A stretch of 64,000 nucleotides of DNA. Source: Candidatus Micrarchaeota archaeon. GTDB lineage: Archaea > B1Sed10-29 > B47-G15. Under the pieces are notes generated by a model that saw nothing but the letters and a program-made list of their open reading frames with translations, was not told where the DNA came from and did no database searches. Below are positions 41,441 through 51,004 of this stretch, piece by piece (position 1 is the stretch's first letter; each line of letters opens with the position of its first letter). The stretch covers positions 1 through 64,000 of the forward strand of contig QMVG01000004.1 of NCBI GenBank assembly GCA_003660975.1. Direction: 5' to 3'. The position numbers and the translations under genes were made by a program.

Positions 41441-42076
41441 TTACTCCACCTTCACGCTTGGTCCCATGCTGGTTTTTACATATATGCTTCTTATGTTTCC
41501 CTCTTTATTCGGAAGTTTTTCTTTTATTGCGTTTATCACAGTCATAGCATTCTCGCCCAAATCCTCATCAGACATCTCCTCGCTTCCTATGACTGTATGA
41601 ATAGTAGGCAAGTATTTGCCTTTGCTTTTTATTCTAACAGTTTTTCTCATCCTTTCAATTATCCCCTCTAACTTTGCATTTGGAGGCACTGGCTTGGGCA
41701 TCTTGTTTCTCGGTCCTAAAACCTGCCCTAAGCTCCTGCCCACAAGAGGCATCAGCTTTGCAGAAGCAATAAAGAATTTATACTTACTGGCAAGCTTTTT
41801 TGCCTCTCTTTTGTTTTTGCCCAATTTCTCCAGCTCTGCCTGAGTTATCACTTTATCTGCATGCTTTTTTGCTTCAGGCAATAAGTCATCGTCAGCGATT
41901 ACCACACCCTCAACTTTCTTGCCCAAGCCCTTTGGCAACACTATTTCCAGGTTCAACCTGTTTTCAACCTTACTGAAGTCTATGCCCTTAAAGTTTATTA
42001 TCAAGTCTATGGACTGAACGAAGTTTCTTTTCTTAGACTTCTCTTTCGCCTCTTTAATTGCTTTGATAATATCCAT
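41441..42076 (-). CDS. rpl1: 50S ribosomal protein L1
   Basis: KKRNFVQSIDLIINF, LGPRNKMP, KTSMGP. Confidence 0.96.
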   Translation of the reverse strand: MDIIKAIKEAKEKSKKRNFVQSIDLIINFKGIDFSKVENRLNLEIVLPKGLGKKVEGVVIADDDLLPEAKKHADKVITQAELEKLGKNKREAKKLASKYKFFIASAKLMPLVGRSLGQVLGPRNKMPKPVPPNAKLEGIIERMRKTVRIKSKGKYLPTIHTVIGSEEMSDEDLGENAMTVINAIKEKLPNKEGNIRSIYVKTSMGPSVKVE

Positions 42077-42079
42077 AAA

Positions 42080-42125
42080 AGCCCCTCCTACCAAGGTGCG
42101 ATGCACCCAGGTAGTGCTTGGGAGA
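42080..42125 (-). promoter_or_regulatory. Hairpin overlapping the rpl1 Shine-Dalgarno; candidate L1 operator
   Basis: RNA CUCCCAAGCA-CUACC-UG-GGUGC-AUC-GCACC-UU-GGUAG-GAGGGG directly before AUG. Confidence 0.55.
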
Positions 42126-42158
42126 TGTAAATATTCTCCTTCAGCTCATATTTAAACT

Positions 42159-42752
42159 TTACCTCTTTTTCTTCTTTTCCTTTTTTTCCTCTGCTTCCTC
42201 TTTCTTTTCTTTTACATACTTAGACATCCTTGCCTTTTTCTCCTCTTCACTCAGCTCTTTTAGAGCTTCTTTTCCCTCTAATTTTGCATCATACTTGCCT
42301 TCATCAACTTCCTTCTGCACCTCTCTTGGGTCTTTTCCGTCTACTAAGATTCCCATCGTAACGCAGGTTCCTATCACTTCCTTGAGCCTCGCCCTTGCGC
42401 TTTTCCCGTGAAGCGCGTCTTTTTTCATGAAGCTTATCTTTATCAGCTCGTCAATGCTTATGTCTCCAACCTTTTCATCCTTTGCTTTTCCAGAGCCTTT
42501 TTCTATGCCAAGCTCTTTCTTTATGAGGGCACTTGTTGGAGGCGTTCCAACCTCAATTCGGAATGTTTTTTTCACAGTGTCAACAATAATCTTGACAGGC
42601 ACCGTAACACCTGCGAAGCTCGCAGTTTTTTTATTTATTTCCGCAACTACCTCGCCTGCATTTATGCCTAACGGGCCTAATGCAGGTCCTATTGGTGGTC
42701 CTGCACTTGCCTTGCCTCCTTCAATAAGTGCATTTATTATCTTTTCAGTCAT
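42159..42752 (-). CDS. rpl11: 50S ribosomal protein L11 with K/E-rich C-terminal tail
   Basis: GGKASAGPPIGPALGP, GTCVTMG. Confidence 0.96.
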   Translation of the reverse strand: MTEKIINALIEGGKASAGPPIGPALGPLGINAGEVVAEINKKTASFAGVTVPVKIIVDTVKKTFRIEVGTPPTSALIKKELGIEKGSGKAKDEKVGDISIDELIKISFMKKDALHGKSARARLKEVIGTCVTMGILVDGKDPREVQKEVDEGKYDAKLEGKEALKELSEEEKKARMSKYVKEKKEEAEEKKEKKKKR

Positions 42753-43204
42753 TTTTCCTCCTCCTTTTCAGAACTCGCTATTAGCCTCACATTTGAAGCA
42801 TCAACCGTTATTGGGATAGGCACAGCTGCTTCTATTATCTCAACAGTAACTTTTTCCTTTCCTTCATCAACGCGTATTACCTTTGCCTTTTCACCTTTGA
42901 AAGCGCCTGATGTTAGTTCTACAATGTCTCCCCTTTCAATGCCTTTGGTAAGTGATTTTGTTTCAAAGAAATGCTCTAATTCCTCTGACTTTATTGCTCC
43001 TGCGATTACCCCCTTTATGTGAGGCACCCTGTATGTCAATTTTCTGACCTCTGCTTCATTGGCAGCCTCGACAATTATATATCCCCTAAGGCCGTCTATA
43101 ATGCTTATTGAGTAAATGTCCTCCTTTTCCTTTTTCATCTTCGTTTTTAGCGCTTCTGCTACTACCTTCTCCTGCCCTATTGTTACTCTAACACCAAATA
43201 ACAT
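42749..43204 (-). CDS. spt5: Transcription elongation factor Spt5/NusG
   Basis: VTIGQE, LRGYIIVEA, KOW motif GDIVELTSGAFKGE. Confidence 0.95.
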   Translation of the reverse strand: MLFGVRVTIGQEKVVAEALKTKMKKEKEDIYSISIIDGLRGYIIVEAANEAEVRKLTYRVPHIKGVIAGAIKSEELEHFFETKSLTKGIERGDIVELTSGAFKGEKAKVIRVDEGKEKVTVEIIEAAVPIPITVDASNVRLIASSEKEEEK

Positions 43205-43214
43205 GGCTCTCCTC

Positions 43215-43403
43215 TCACATGAATACTTTAATGGACTGTATGATGTACCCAATTATTCCCAGAAGGATTATTCCAAGACCCGTTACCTTGGCTACAAACC
43301 AGTACTCCTCTTTCTTTGGTTTTTTTAGCAATCTCAATAATCTAAGCACATCATTGATGAAAGCTTTTACCTTAAAACTAAAACGAGACGCGCTAAATTT
43401 CAT
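43215..43403 (-). CDS. secE: Protein translocase subunit SecE
   Basis: KKPKKEEYWFVAKVTGLGIILLGIIGYII; lies between ftsZ and spt5. Confidence 0.93.
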   Translation of the reverse strand: MKFSASRFSFKVKAFINDVLRLLRLLKKPKKEEYWFVAKVTGLGIILLGIIGYIIQSIKVFM

Positions 43404-43409
43404 CTGCTA

Positions 43410-44561
43410 TCACTTTTTGATGTATTTTATATCTAAGTCAGGCCCTTCTCCTTCTGCATAGTTTGCTTCTAAGTAAGGAATATGCCCTCCGGATATTAAT
43501 ATCATTGCTTGTATGCTGTTTTTAGGTAGTTCTTCGTTTATCATTGCCCCCCAAATTATGTGCGCATTTTTGTGTATCTTGCTGGCAACAGCTTCACAGA
43601 TGATTTCAGCTTCTTTCAATGTCATGTCAGGGCCACCAACAACGTTGACCAATGCCCTTTTTGCCTCTGAGATATCCACATCAAGCAGCGGAGAGTTCAA
43701 AGCCTCCTCTACTGCCTCCAAAGCTCTTGCCTCACCTGTGCTGCCGCTCTCTGATTCTCCAAGGCCTATCATAGCTGCACCGCCGTTTGAGAGTATTGTC
43801 CTCACATCTGCAAAGTCAAGGTTCACAAGACCTGGCTTTGTTATCATTTCTGTTATCCCCTTAACTGCGTTTGTTAGCACCTCATCCGCTACCTTGAAAG
43901 CAGCGTTCAGTGGAAGCTCTGGCACTATTTCAAGTAATTTGTCATTAGGGATTACTATAACTGTGTCTGCCTCTTTCTTCAAGCTCTGCAGGCCCTCAAG
44001 TGCGTTTTCCATCCTCTGTCTTCCCTCAACAGAGAATGGAAGCGTGACAACACCAACCGTTAAGGCACCGTTTTCCTTTGCTATTTGCGCAATCACAGGA
44101 GCGCTTCCTGTGCCAGTTCCGCCTCCTAGACCGCATGTGATAAACACCATATTGCTTCCTCTGACTATCTCCTCTATATCCTCTGTGCTCTCCTTAGCAG
44201 CTGCCTCTCCTATCTGTGGATCGCTGCCAGCTCCCAAGCCCTTTGTCAACTGCTTTCCTATTAACAGTTTTTTGTCAGCTTTTGTTATTAGCAAGTGCTG
44301 TGCATCAGTGTTTACAGCAATAAGTTCAGCGCCTTGTATGCCTACCTCGCTCATCCGCTGCAGCGTGTTGTTTCCAGAACCGCCAGTTCCTATCACCTTT
44401 ATTTTTGCCTGGCCTTCCTTAAGCATTTCCATTAGCTCTTCATCAGTCATTATGCCTTTCTTTCCTTTTAGGTTTATGAAGCCTGCATCACTATTGGTTT
44501 TCTTTATTTGCTTTTTTTCTTTGCTCATGTTTTCGAGTGATTTCTTTACTATGGTCTTCAA
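43410..44561 (-). CDS. ftsZ: Cell division protein FtsZ (FtsZ1-type)
   Basis: GLGGGTGTG, VNLDFADV; canonical ftsZ-secE-spt5 synteny; start uncertain. Confidence 0.96.
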   Translation of the reverse strand: MKTIVKKSLENMSKEKKQIKKTNSDAGFINLKGKKGIMTDEELMEMLKEGQAKIKVIGTGGSGNNTLQRMSEVGIQGAELIAVNTDAQHLLITKADKKLLIGKQLTKGLGAGSDPQIGEAAAKESTEDIEEIVRGSNMVFITCGLGGGTGTGSAPVIAQIAKENGALTVGVVTLPFSVEGRQRMENALEGLQSLKKEADTVIVIPNDKLLEIVPELPLNAAFKVADEVLTNAVKGITEMITKPGLVNLDFADVRTILSNGGAAMIGLGESESGSTGEARALEAVEEALNSPLLDVDISEAKRALVNVVGGPDMTLKEAEIICEAVASKIHKNAHIIWGAMINEELPKNSIQAMILISGGHIPYLEANYAEGEGPDLDIKYIKK

Positions 44562-44688
44562 ACAAAAGCCCCCTAAAATTTAGTAAAAACGCTGCTTATT
44601 ATGTAATTTTTATAGTATATAAATACTACGCTGTTCTAAAGAGCAACGTTTAAAATAATATGTGCAGAAAGATATAAATATATATGAA

Positions 44689-44770
44689 GCTGGAGTGGCA
44701 GAGTGGCAATGCGCTGGTCTCGAAAACCAGTGCCCTTCGGGGCTTGTGGGTTCGAATCCCACCTCCAGCG
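44689..44770 (+). tRNA. tRNA-Ser(CGA)
   Basis: GCTGGAG/CTCCAGC acceptor, CTGGT-CT-CGA-AA-ACCAG arm, long variable arm. Confidence 0.95.
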
Positions 44771-44772
44771 CT

Positions 44773-45624
44773 ATGCGCAGAAAACACTCGCTCAGAAGAG
44801 CAGAACTCTTTGAGGAGCTGCAGGCAATCAAGAAGCTGAAAAAGATAGAAGATGCTGAGAGAAAAAAGGCAAAGTCAGAGTGGAGAAAAAAGTGGGACAG
44901 AAAATCAAGAGGCAAGAAGAAAAAGATATTTGTTCTCGTTTTCCCGCTGATGCACTCTGGGAAGCACAGCAGGGCTGAAAGAGATTGGATGAGAAAAGTC
45001 TATGAGAGCGATGTCAAAAAAGTGCTTAATGACAAGAATGCGCGTTTGCTGCTTTTAGTTGAACCAGAAAACTTGAAGCAGTTTTCTGGCAAAAGCAAGC
45101 GAATGCTTTTGGAATTAGAAAAAGAAGGGAGGTTATTTTTCCTGCGTGAACCGCTGCCAAAAGATTTGATGGAGGGGGACAGGAAGCTGATAGTTAGGGG
45201 CGAAAGGGCAGATTTATGCGCACCAAACATTGCAGGGCACTTGACCAGGAGGCTTGGTCTTAAGCTGGAGGATGTCAGGATAGAATTGGAAGACAGCTTC
45301 CTATTTGACGAGTCAAGGAAAGACCACAAGGTAACTATTGACTCAGATACTGCTCTCTCATCCTTTTTAGAGGGTTACAGGCCAGGTAAATATATCTTTG
45401 GGTATAATGAGGAAAAGGACAAAGCATTATATGCTGCTCATTATGACAAGAGGGCAAAGAGGAGGTTTTTGAGATTTAACTTTGTTTTAAGGGAAGAGCT
45501 TGACAAGGACGTTAAGGAATTAAGGCCACTGTGGCGCAAGATTTTTAAGTTGTCAAAAGAGAAGAAGCGCTTGAAAATGGAAGAGCATAAAGAAAAGCTC
45601 TGGGAAGCAAGCGAGAAGCAATAA
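44773..45624 (+). CDS. Basic hypothetical protein
   Basis: ATG 2 nt after the tRNA-Ser end; very K/R-rich; the longer ORF-track start overlaps the tRNA. Confidence 0.65.
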   Translation: MRRKHSLRRAELFEELQAIKKLKKIEDAERKKAKSEWRKKWDRKSRGKKKKIFVLVFPLMHSGKHSRAERDWMRKVYESDVKKVLNDKNARLLLLVEPENLKQFSGKSKRMLLELEKEGRLFFLREPLPKDLMEGDRKLIVRGERADLCAPNIAGHLTRRLGLKLEDVRIELEDSFLFDESRKDHKVTIDSDTALSSFLEGYRPGKYIFGYNEEKDKALYAAHYDKRAKRRFLRFNFVLREELDKDVKELRPLWRKIFKLSKEKKRLKMEEHKEKLWEASEKQ

Positions 45625-45658
45625 TCATATTAAAGTAGAAGGCTTTTTAGAATGGGGT

Positions 45659-46231
45659 GTGTCTGTGGGCAGGGTTCTAGAGCTGGGAATCTTTGCAATA
45701 GTTGTGGTGGTGGTTGCGCTCTTCACTTCATTTGTATTTATAACCATGCCTGAGAAAAATGTCAGCAGCTCTGGCAGGACTCTTTACATGTCTCCATATA
45801 AGTACAGCATAAATTACCCAAAGCGCTGGCAAGTGGTAAACAAATCCCTTGCTAATTTGACAGGAGGAGAAATAGAACTGCTTCTGGCCCCAAAAAACAG
45901 CTCCAATATCTTTCTCTGCCTGTTCAGGCCAAAAGCAGCAAACGGCGTTAAAGCAGTTGAATACCTGATGGGCTTCGAGAAGGAGAGATATAAGGCAGAC
46001 CCCTTTTTTACTGCAATGATATACAAGAGCCTTTTCTCTGAAGACGAGGAAGCTGAGGAGATGTTCTACAAGACATATTCCACTGCTTTATCAACAGACA
46101 TATATCACAAAAAGGTGGTGATAATAAAAAATGATACGCTTTATGAAATGGAATATTTTGCCCCTTCTGACAAGTATAGGTTATTTGAGACGGATGCCGA
46201 TTCTATCTTCACCTCCTTTAAAAAGGAATAA
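45659..46231 (+). CDS. Membrane-anchored PsbP-like protein
   Basis: N-terminal TM, YSINYPKRW, C-terminal ADSIFTSFK pattern. Confidence 0.65.
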   Translation: MSVGRVLELGIFAIVVVVVALFTSFVFITMPEKNVSSSGRTLYMSPYKYSINYPKRWQVVNKSLANLTGGEIELLLAPKNSSNIFLCLFRPKAANGVKAVEYLMGFEKERYKADPFFTAMIYKSLFSEDEEAEEMFYKTYSTALSTDIYHKKVVIIKNDTLYEMEYFAPSDKYRLFETDADSIFTSFKKE

Positions 46232-46312
46232 GCTTTTCACTAAATAGTGTAAGATATCGCAAAAAAGCGACAATCATTAAATTTTTATAAGAGCTTGCAC
46301 AGAAGTATTAAC

Positions 46313-46443
46313 GCGGAGGATGGCGGCGCGTCCAGCGTCAACCATCGTGCCTAGCGCACCACGGGTTCCCGGTAGTAGCTCGCCTTGTGCAGCGAAGCGG
46401 GATAAGAATTTCTCCGAGAAGGAGAAATCACCCGTGCTCGCCC
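46313..46443 (+). ncRNA. Unassigned structured ncRNA, ~130 nt
   Basis: GC-rich intergenic island with six helices, TTTATAA box ~25-29 nt upstream and a T-tract right after. Confidence 0.7.
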
Positions 46444-46479
46444 TTTCTTTTTTGTTTTTGTTGCTCTGTCTTAGGCCTT

Positions 46480-48162
46480 TCACTTGTTTCTTGCTTGAAG
46501 GCAGGCTTTCACGAAAGCATCAAAAATAGGGCTTGGTTTTAAAGGCCTGCTCGTGAACTCTGGATGAAATTGAGTTGCTAAGAAAAAGGGATGGTCAGTC
46601 CTTTCCAAAATTTGCATAATCCTTTTTCCAGGAGCATAACCTGAGAATATTAATCCTTTTTCCTGCAGCCTATCTACAAAGTCAGGATTGCATTCGTACC
46701 TATGCCTAAACCTTTCCCTCACCTTTTCCTTTTTGTATATCTCGTATGCTTTTGTCCCTTTTTCTATTATCACATCTTGACCGCCCAGCCTCATAGTTCC
46801 TCCTGCGTCTTTTATTCTCTTTTGCTCAGGCAATAAGTCAATGACAGGAAACTCTGTATAAGGATCTACTTCTGTTGTATGCGCTGATTTCATTCCTAAT
46901 AAATGCCTTGCATGTTCTATGACTGCCATTTGAAAGCCATAACATAGGCCCAAAAATGGGATTTTCTTCTCTCTCGCGTGCTTCACTGCCTCTATCTTTC
47001 CCTCAACGCCTCTTGAGCCAAATCCACCAGGCACTATCAAACCATCTACGCCTTCTAACTGTTTTTCAACCCCCTCAACCTGCGTTGTCTCAATCCACTT
47101 AAGCCTAACCTTGCAGTTATTCTTGGCAGATGCATGGCTTAGCGCTTCTATTATGCTTGCGTATGAATCATGGAGCTGCGTGTATTTCCCTGCCATGCCA
47201 ACTGTTACTTCTTTACCTGCATTTACTATTTTGCTGACAAAGTTACGCCACGCTTCTAGGTCTATTTTTTTCGTTTTTAATCCAAAGTGCTGCAACACTA
47301 TTTCATCAACATTTTGGCTTTTTAGGTTCAAGACCAATTCATATATTGTCTTCACATTGTGCGCATCTATCACGTTTTTCAGAGGCACATTGGCTGCAAT
47401 GCTTATTTTCTGCTTGACCTTTTCCTCTATTATGTCCTCTGCCCTGCACACTATTATATTTGGCCTCAATCCCATCCCCATAAGCGTCCTTATGCCCAGC
47501 TGCGCTGCTTTGCTTTTCTGCTCCCCCAGGGTTGAGGGTTTCATGATATAAACCAGTGCAACTACCATTATGTTTTCCATGCCTTCCTCGTACTGCATTT
47601 GCCTTATAGCTTCTATAAAGTAAGAGTTTTCAATGTCTCCTATTGTTCCACCAACCTCAACCATCACTATGTCAGCATCTGTTTTCATGCCCAAGTCCCT
47701 AAGCAGGTATTTTATTTCACCTGTCACGTGCGGTATGAACTGGACATCTCTTCCAAGGTACTCCCCTTTTCTCTCTTTTTCCAATATCTTCTTGAACAGC
47801 TTTCCAGCTGTCAGGTAATTTATTGAAGACAGGTTTTCGTCCAGGAATCTCTCATAAGTTCCTAAGTCCATATCGCACTCTGTTCCGTCATCAAGGACAA
47901 AAACCTCCCCGTGCCTGAAAGGATTCAGCGTTCCTGCGTCTACATTCAAATAGCCGTCAAACTTTATGGGGCTCACCTTGAAGCCGTTCTCTTTCAGCAA
48001 TCTCGCGAGAGCAGCCATAGCTACGCCCTTGCCAAGACCAGAGATAACAGTGCCAACAAAGACGATGTATTTTATCTTGCCTGGCTTGTAGCCTTTTGGG
48101 GCAGAGGTAAAAAACTCGCCACCAGACCTGTTTGCAAACATGTCAAAATAGTTTCTGCTCAC
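46480..48162 (-). CDS. pyrG: CTP synthase
   Basis: GTVISGLGKG, HGEVFVLDDG, GLCYGFQ, QFHPEF; likely GTG start at 48162 after GGTGG. Confidence 0.97.
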   Translation of the reverse strand: MSRNYFDMFANRSGGEFFTSAPKGYKPGKIKYIVFVGTVISGLGKGVAMAALARLLKENGFKVSPIKFDGYLNVDAGTLNPFRHGEVFVLDDGTECDMDLGTYERFLDENLSSINYLTAGKLFKKILEKERKGEYLGRDVQFIPHVTGEIKYLLRDLGMKTDADIVMVEVGGTIGDIENSYFIEAIRQMQYEEGMENIMVVALVYIMKPSTLGEQKSKAAQLGIRTLMGMGLRPNIIVCRAEDIIEEKVKQKISIAANVPLKNVIDAHNVKTIYELVLNLKSQNVDEIVLQHFGLKTKKIDLEAWRNFVSKIVNAGKEVTVGMAGKYTQLHDSYASIIEALSHASAKNNCKVRLKWIETTQVEGVEKQLEGVDGLIVPGGFGSRGVEGKIEAVKHAREKKIPFLGLCYGFQMAVIEHARHLLGMKSAHTTEVDPYTEFPVIDLLPEQKRIKDAGGTMRLGGQDVIIEKGTKAYEIYKKEKVRERFRHRYECNPDFVDRLQEKGLIFSGYAPGKRIMQILERTDHPFFLATQFHPEFTSRPLKPSPIFDAFVKACLQARNK

Positions 48163-48252
48163 CTTACCACCCTGCCTGACGCAGTAATAAAGAGCTTTCA
48201 TTTTAATAAAGCTTACTACAAGCTTTAATATCTTGAAAATACTAATAATAGC

Positions 48253-48963
48253 ATGGCAAATCTGCTCGATTTTTTTGAAGACTATGAAAGGAAATACAGG
48301 GACAAAGGCATGAAGGACTTTCACAAGTTGAAGGCAGTTTATGACAAGAGCAGTGAAAAAAAAGATTACTCTGAGATGGAGTTTCAGCTTCACTGCATCA
48401 TGAAGTTCTGCGAGGCCTTTAAGCCAAAGGCCATGCAGGTAAGCATAGAGGAGAGCTATATCCTACCAAAGGAGCTTGAGTTTAACCCAACACTTTCTTG
48501 GCCAAACATAGAGATGAAGGACTATCTGGGAAGAGAGTATAGTATATGGTACAAGCCAAGGATATACGCCCCTTCACAGGACGGCGTAAGGGAGCTGCTG
48601 CCTGATTTTATAGTTATGAGAGGCCATTACGACTCTCCTTACAAGCTGGACCCTGCTTTTCTTGACAAGATAAAGAAAGAGCCTTTTCTAAACAAGGTTT
48701 TGCTGAGGGAGTTCAGCCTTGGCCTTCTGGCAAGGCTGAGGCCTGTCCAGTTCCTAATAATTGCCAGGAGGAAGATTATGAAGTCATACATAAACGAGAT
48801 AAAGCATATGCAGTTTTACCTGAAGCCGAGCAAGACACTTGTTATATCGCAGTCCACACTGGACAATGAGATAAAGCTAAACCTTCCTGTTGGGGCTCAG
48901 TTCATAGAGAATGTTGATATAAATCTTTCAAAGGTTTCAGATGAAATAAAAAAGATGATTTAG
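48253..48963 (+). CDS. Hypothetical protein (possible degenerate PD-(D/E)xK fold)
   Basis: 236-aa ORF with LLPDFIVM motif. Confidence 0.6.
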   Translation: MANLLDFFEDYERKYRDKGMKDFHKLKAVYDKSSEKKDYSEMEFQLHCIMKFCEAFKPKAMQVSIEESYILPKELEFNPTLSWPNIEMKDYLGREYSIWYKPRIYAPSQDGVRELLPDFIVMRGHYDSPYKLDPAFLDKIKKEPFLNKVLLREFSLGLLARLRPVQFLIIARRKIMKSYINEIKHMQFYLKPSKTLVISQSTLDNEIKLNLPVGAQFIENVDINLSKVSDEIKKMI

Positions 48964-49655
48964 CCCTGAATGAATTCCTTCTCCAACCTGTTTCTTATCT
49001 CGTCAAGGGAGAGTATTGTGGAGACAATAGGGATTTTTTCTATTTCACTTATCTTTAACGCGAGCTTGTCAATGTCAAGAAGGTTGTGCATTACCACTAA
49101 GTTTGGCTTTAGCTTGGTTACTCTTATTGCCACCATTGGGCTTCTGCCCATTGAAACATGCGTGAATATCAGAGCTCTCTGGGTGGTAGCTCCGTATATC
49201 TTTATGAAATCGTCAGCAGGTATCTCTAACATTGCGCGCACTGAATCTATTATCGTATAACCGTAAAGCTTTCCTGCCTCAATAAGCTCTTTATTCGTGA
49301 TCACCTTTGCCTCTATCTTCTTGCAGAACTCCTTGCTGCTTATGGGCTTTCCAAATTCGATGACTTCAAATATCTTATCCATGTCCTTATTTACCTGCAG
49401 TTTTTTCAGCACCCATCCTCCTTTTCTCTGGTCTATCTCGCATATTGCCCTCGTAAATCTCTTTACGATATTTACCCCTGGGCTTTTTCTTCTGTTTGCC
49501 TCGTAATCGCTTATGGTAGAAGGCGTGACCTTTAGGTATCTGGCCAGTTCTGTTTGGGTTATTCCAAAAATCTCTCTCCATTTCTTTAAGCTTGCCCCTG
49601 GGTTATCGCTTAATGCTATTTCCCCTGCTATTTTTTCCATTAGTTCCTTCATCAT
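48960..49655 (-). CDS. Archaeal XRE-HTH regulator with C-terminal DRTGG-like domain
   Basis: IAGEIALSDNPG.SLKKWREIF, ISDYEANRRKSPG, MGRSPMVAIRV. Confidence 0.88.
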   Translation of the reverse strand: MMKELMEKIAGEIALSDNPGASLKKWREIFGITQTELARYLKVTPSTISDYEANRRKSPGVNIVKRFTRAICEIDQRKGGWVLKKLQVNKDMDKIFEVIEFGKPISSKEFCKKIEAKVITNKELIEAGKLYGYTIIDSVRAMLEIPADDFIKIYGATTQRALIFTHVSMGRSPMVAIRVTKLKPNLVVMHNLLDIDKLALKISEIEKIPIVSTILSLDEIRNRLEKEFIQG

Positions 49656-49705
49656 AAGGTATTTGTGCAATTAACTTTAAAAACTTAACGATTGTCGTAA
49701 TAATT

Positions 49706-50839
49706 TTAGTCAGACCACGTTGAGCCCTCTAGGTACGCTCTAGTGCTGTCGTTTGTTGATGGGTAATGCCTTTGCAGCGTGAAGAGCACCGAGCCTTTTT
49801 TCTCCACGATTTCCTTCACAGTTACTCTTGCTCCCAGGTGGTTTAGGTGCTCTACAAAAGCCTCTCCAAAAGCCCTGTCAGGCACCACTATCTCAAATTC
49901 CTCAACAGCTTCCTTTCCATTGTCAATATCCCTTATTGTCTCTATAATTGGCTTCAATATGCTTCTTCCAAGCTCTGAGGATGCTTTTTCAATGTCTAAT
50001 TCTCTTTCATAGCACTGAAAAGCTTCTCTTATAAGCCTTCTGAAAAAGAAGGCCTGCCCGTAGTCCGACCAGAATTTAAATGCATATCTTAAATCATTGT
50101 TGGTGCTTTTATTGCCAGTGTATTTCAGCACAGTTTTCATGTCCAGGGACTTTATAACAATGCCTTCCCTGCTTTCCTGCTCCAGCTTTTCAATAATTTT
50201 CATCACCTTTTCGCTATCATCTGCTGAAAATTCCCCCAATTCCCTAACAGAAGGCAGGTGATATTCGCTTAGGAGCTTTCTCTTTTCCTCTATAGTCAAT
50301 GGCAAAGCGTCTCTTTTTCTCCTTATGTCAAAAACATAATAACCAAAATCTTTTGATTCAGGATATCCTTTCTCCTGGTAGGGGTTCCTGAGACCTATAA
50401 CCTCACCGCACAACATCAGTTCTTCATGCTCATCAAAAAAGCTGTTGCTTCCAATAATCTTTTCTATTCTATATGTGGTGTATGGGCATACTATGCCTCC
50501 TCTTGTTACTGCCACTAAATTGCCCCAGACCTTGGCAACCCTGACGTTATAGCCGTCTAGCTTCTCCTCAACTACAAAGCGTGAGCTTAGATTTTTCTTA
50601 ATGCCTTGCTTCAGCATGAGTATTCTTTTTATCTTCGGGTAGCCAGCCATTAATTCCGTTTGATCTCCTTTCAGGAAAACAACGGTTCCCTTCTCAAAGC
50701 CCAGCTCTTTGTGCCTAAACCTGTAATAGGGATAAAGAAAACTGCCAACCTTGTGAATGCTGTCTTTATCAACAGCTTTTTTGAATGCTTCCTTTTTGAC
50801 GCCCAGGGCCCTTGCAACTAGCGATAGCTCTTCTTCCAT
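49706..50839 (-). CDS. ATP-dependent RNA ligase (archaeal Rnl3/Pab1020 family)
   Basis: Motif I EEKLDGYNVR, TRGGIVCPYTT, LCGEV, REGIVIK. Confidence 0.92.
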   Translation of the reverse strand: MEEELSLVARALGVKKEAFKKAVDKDSIHKVGSFLYPYYRFRHKELGFEKGTVVFLKGDQTELMAGYPKIKRILMLKQGIKKNLSSRFVVEEKLDGYNVRVAKVWGNLVAVTRGGIVCPYTTYRIEKIIGSNSFFDEHEELMLCGEVIGLRNPYQEKGYPESKDFGYYVFDIRRKRDALPLTIEEKRKLLSEYHLPSVRELGEFSADDSEKVMKIIEKLEQESREGIVIKSLDMKTVLKYTGNKSTNNDLRYAFKFWSDYGQAFFFRRLIREAFQCYERELDIEKASSELGRSILKPIIETIRDIDNGKEAVEEFEIVVPDRAFGEAFVEHLNHLGARVTVKEIVEKKGSVLFTLQRHYPSTNDSTRAYLEGSTWSD

Positions 50840-50988
50840 CTTTTACCTCCCCTAGATGCACATAAACTGCACAGCCCTGTTTTGCTGTCGTAATGCTCAG
50901 CGCAAACCCTTGCTCCACAGCGCCAGCAAGTATATAAAGTTAGAGATGGCTTATTACATATACTGCAAATGCCCACAAGGCCATCCAT
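50818..50988 (-). CDS. Small Zn-finger protein
   Basis: CSIC...CWRCGARVCAEH...CSLC. Confidence 0.8.
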   Translation of the reverse strand: MDGLVGICSICNKPSLTLYTCWRCGARVCAEHYDSKTGLCSLCASRGGKRWKKSYR

Positions 50989-51004
50989 GGTGTTATTAGT
51001 GTCC

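Noticed and set aside
43513-44583. 356-aa + strand ORF and many similar antisense ORFs
   Set aside because: Antisense shadows of real genes (here ftsZ), with Ser/Phe-rich composition and no motifs
46313-46443. 5S rRNA, tRNA or RNase P RNA
   Set aside because: Lacks the CCGAAC loop, TTCRA T-loop and GAGGAAAGT P4 motifs; kept as an unassigned ncRNA
48163-48393. N-terminal extension of pyrG in the ORF track (similar cases: dph6, rpl1, rpl12, spt5, ORF 44662)
   Set aside because: The extensions overlap neighbouring genes, tRNAs or leaders; better downstream starts exist
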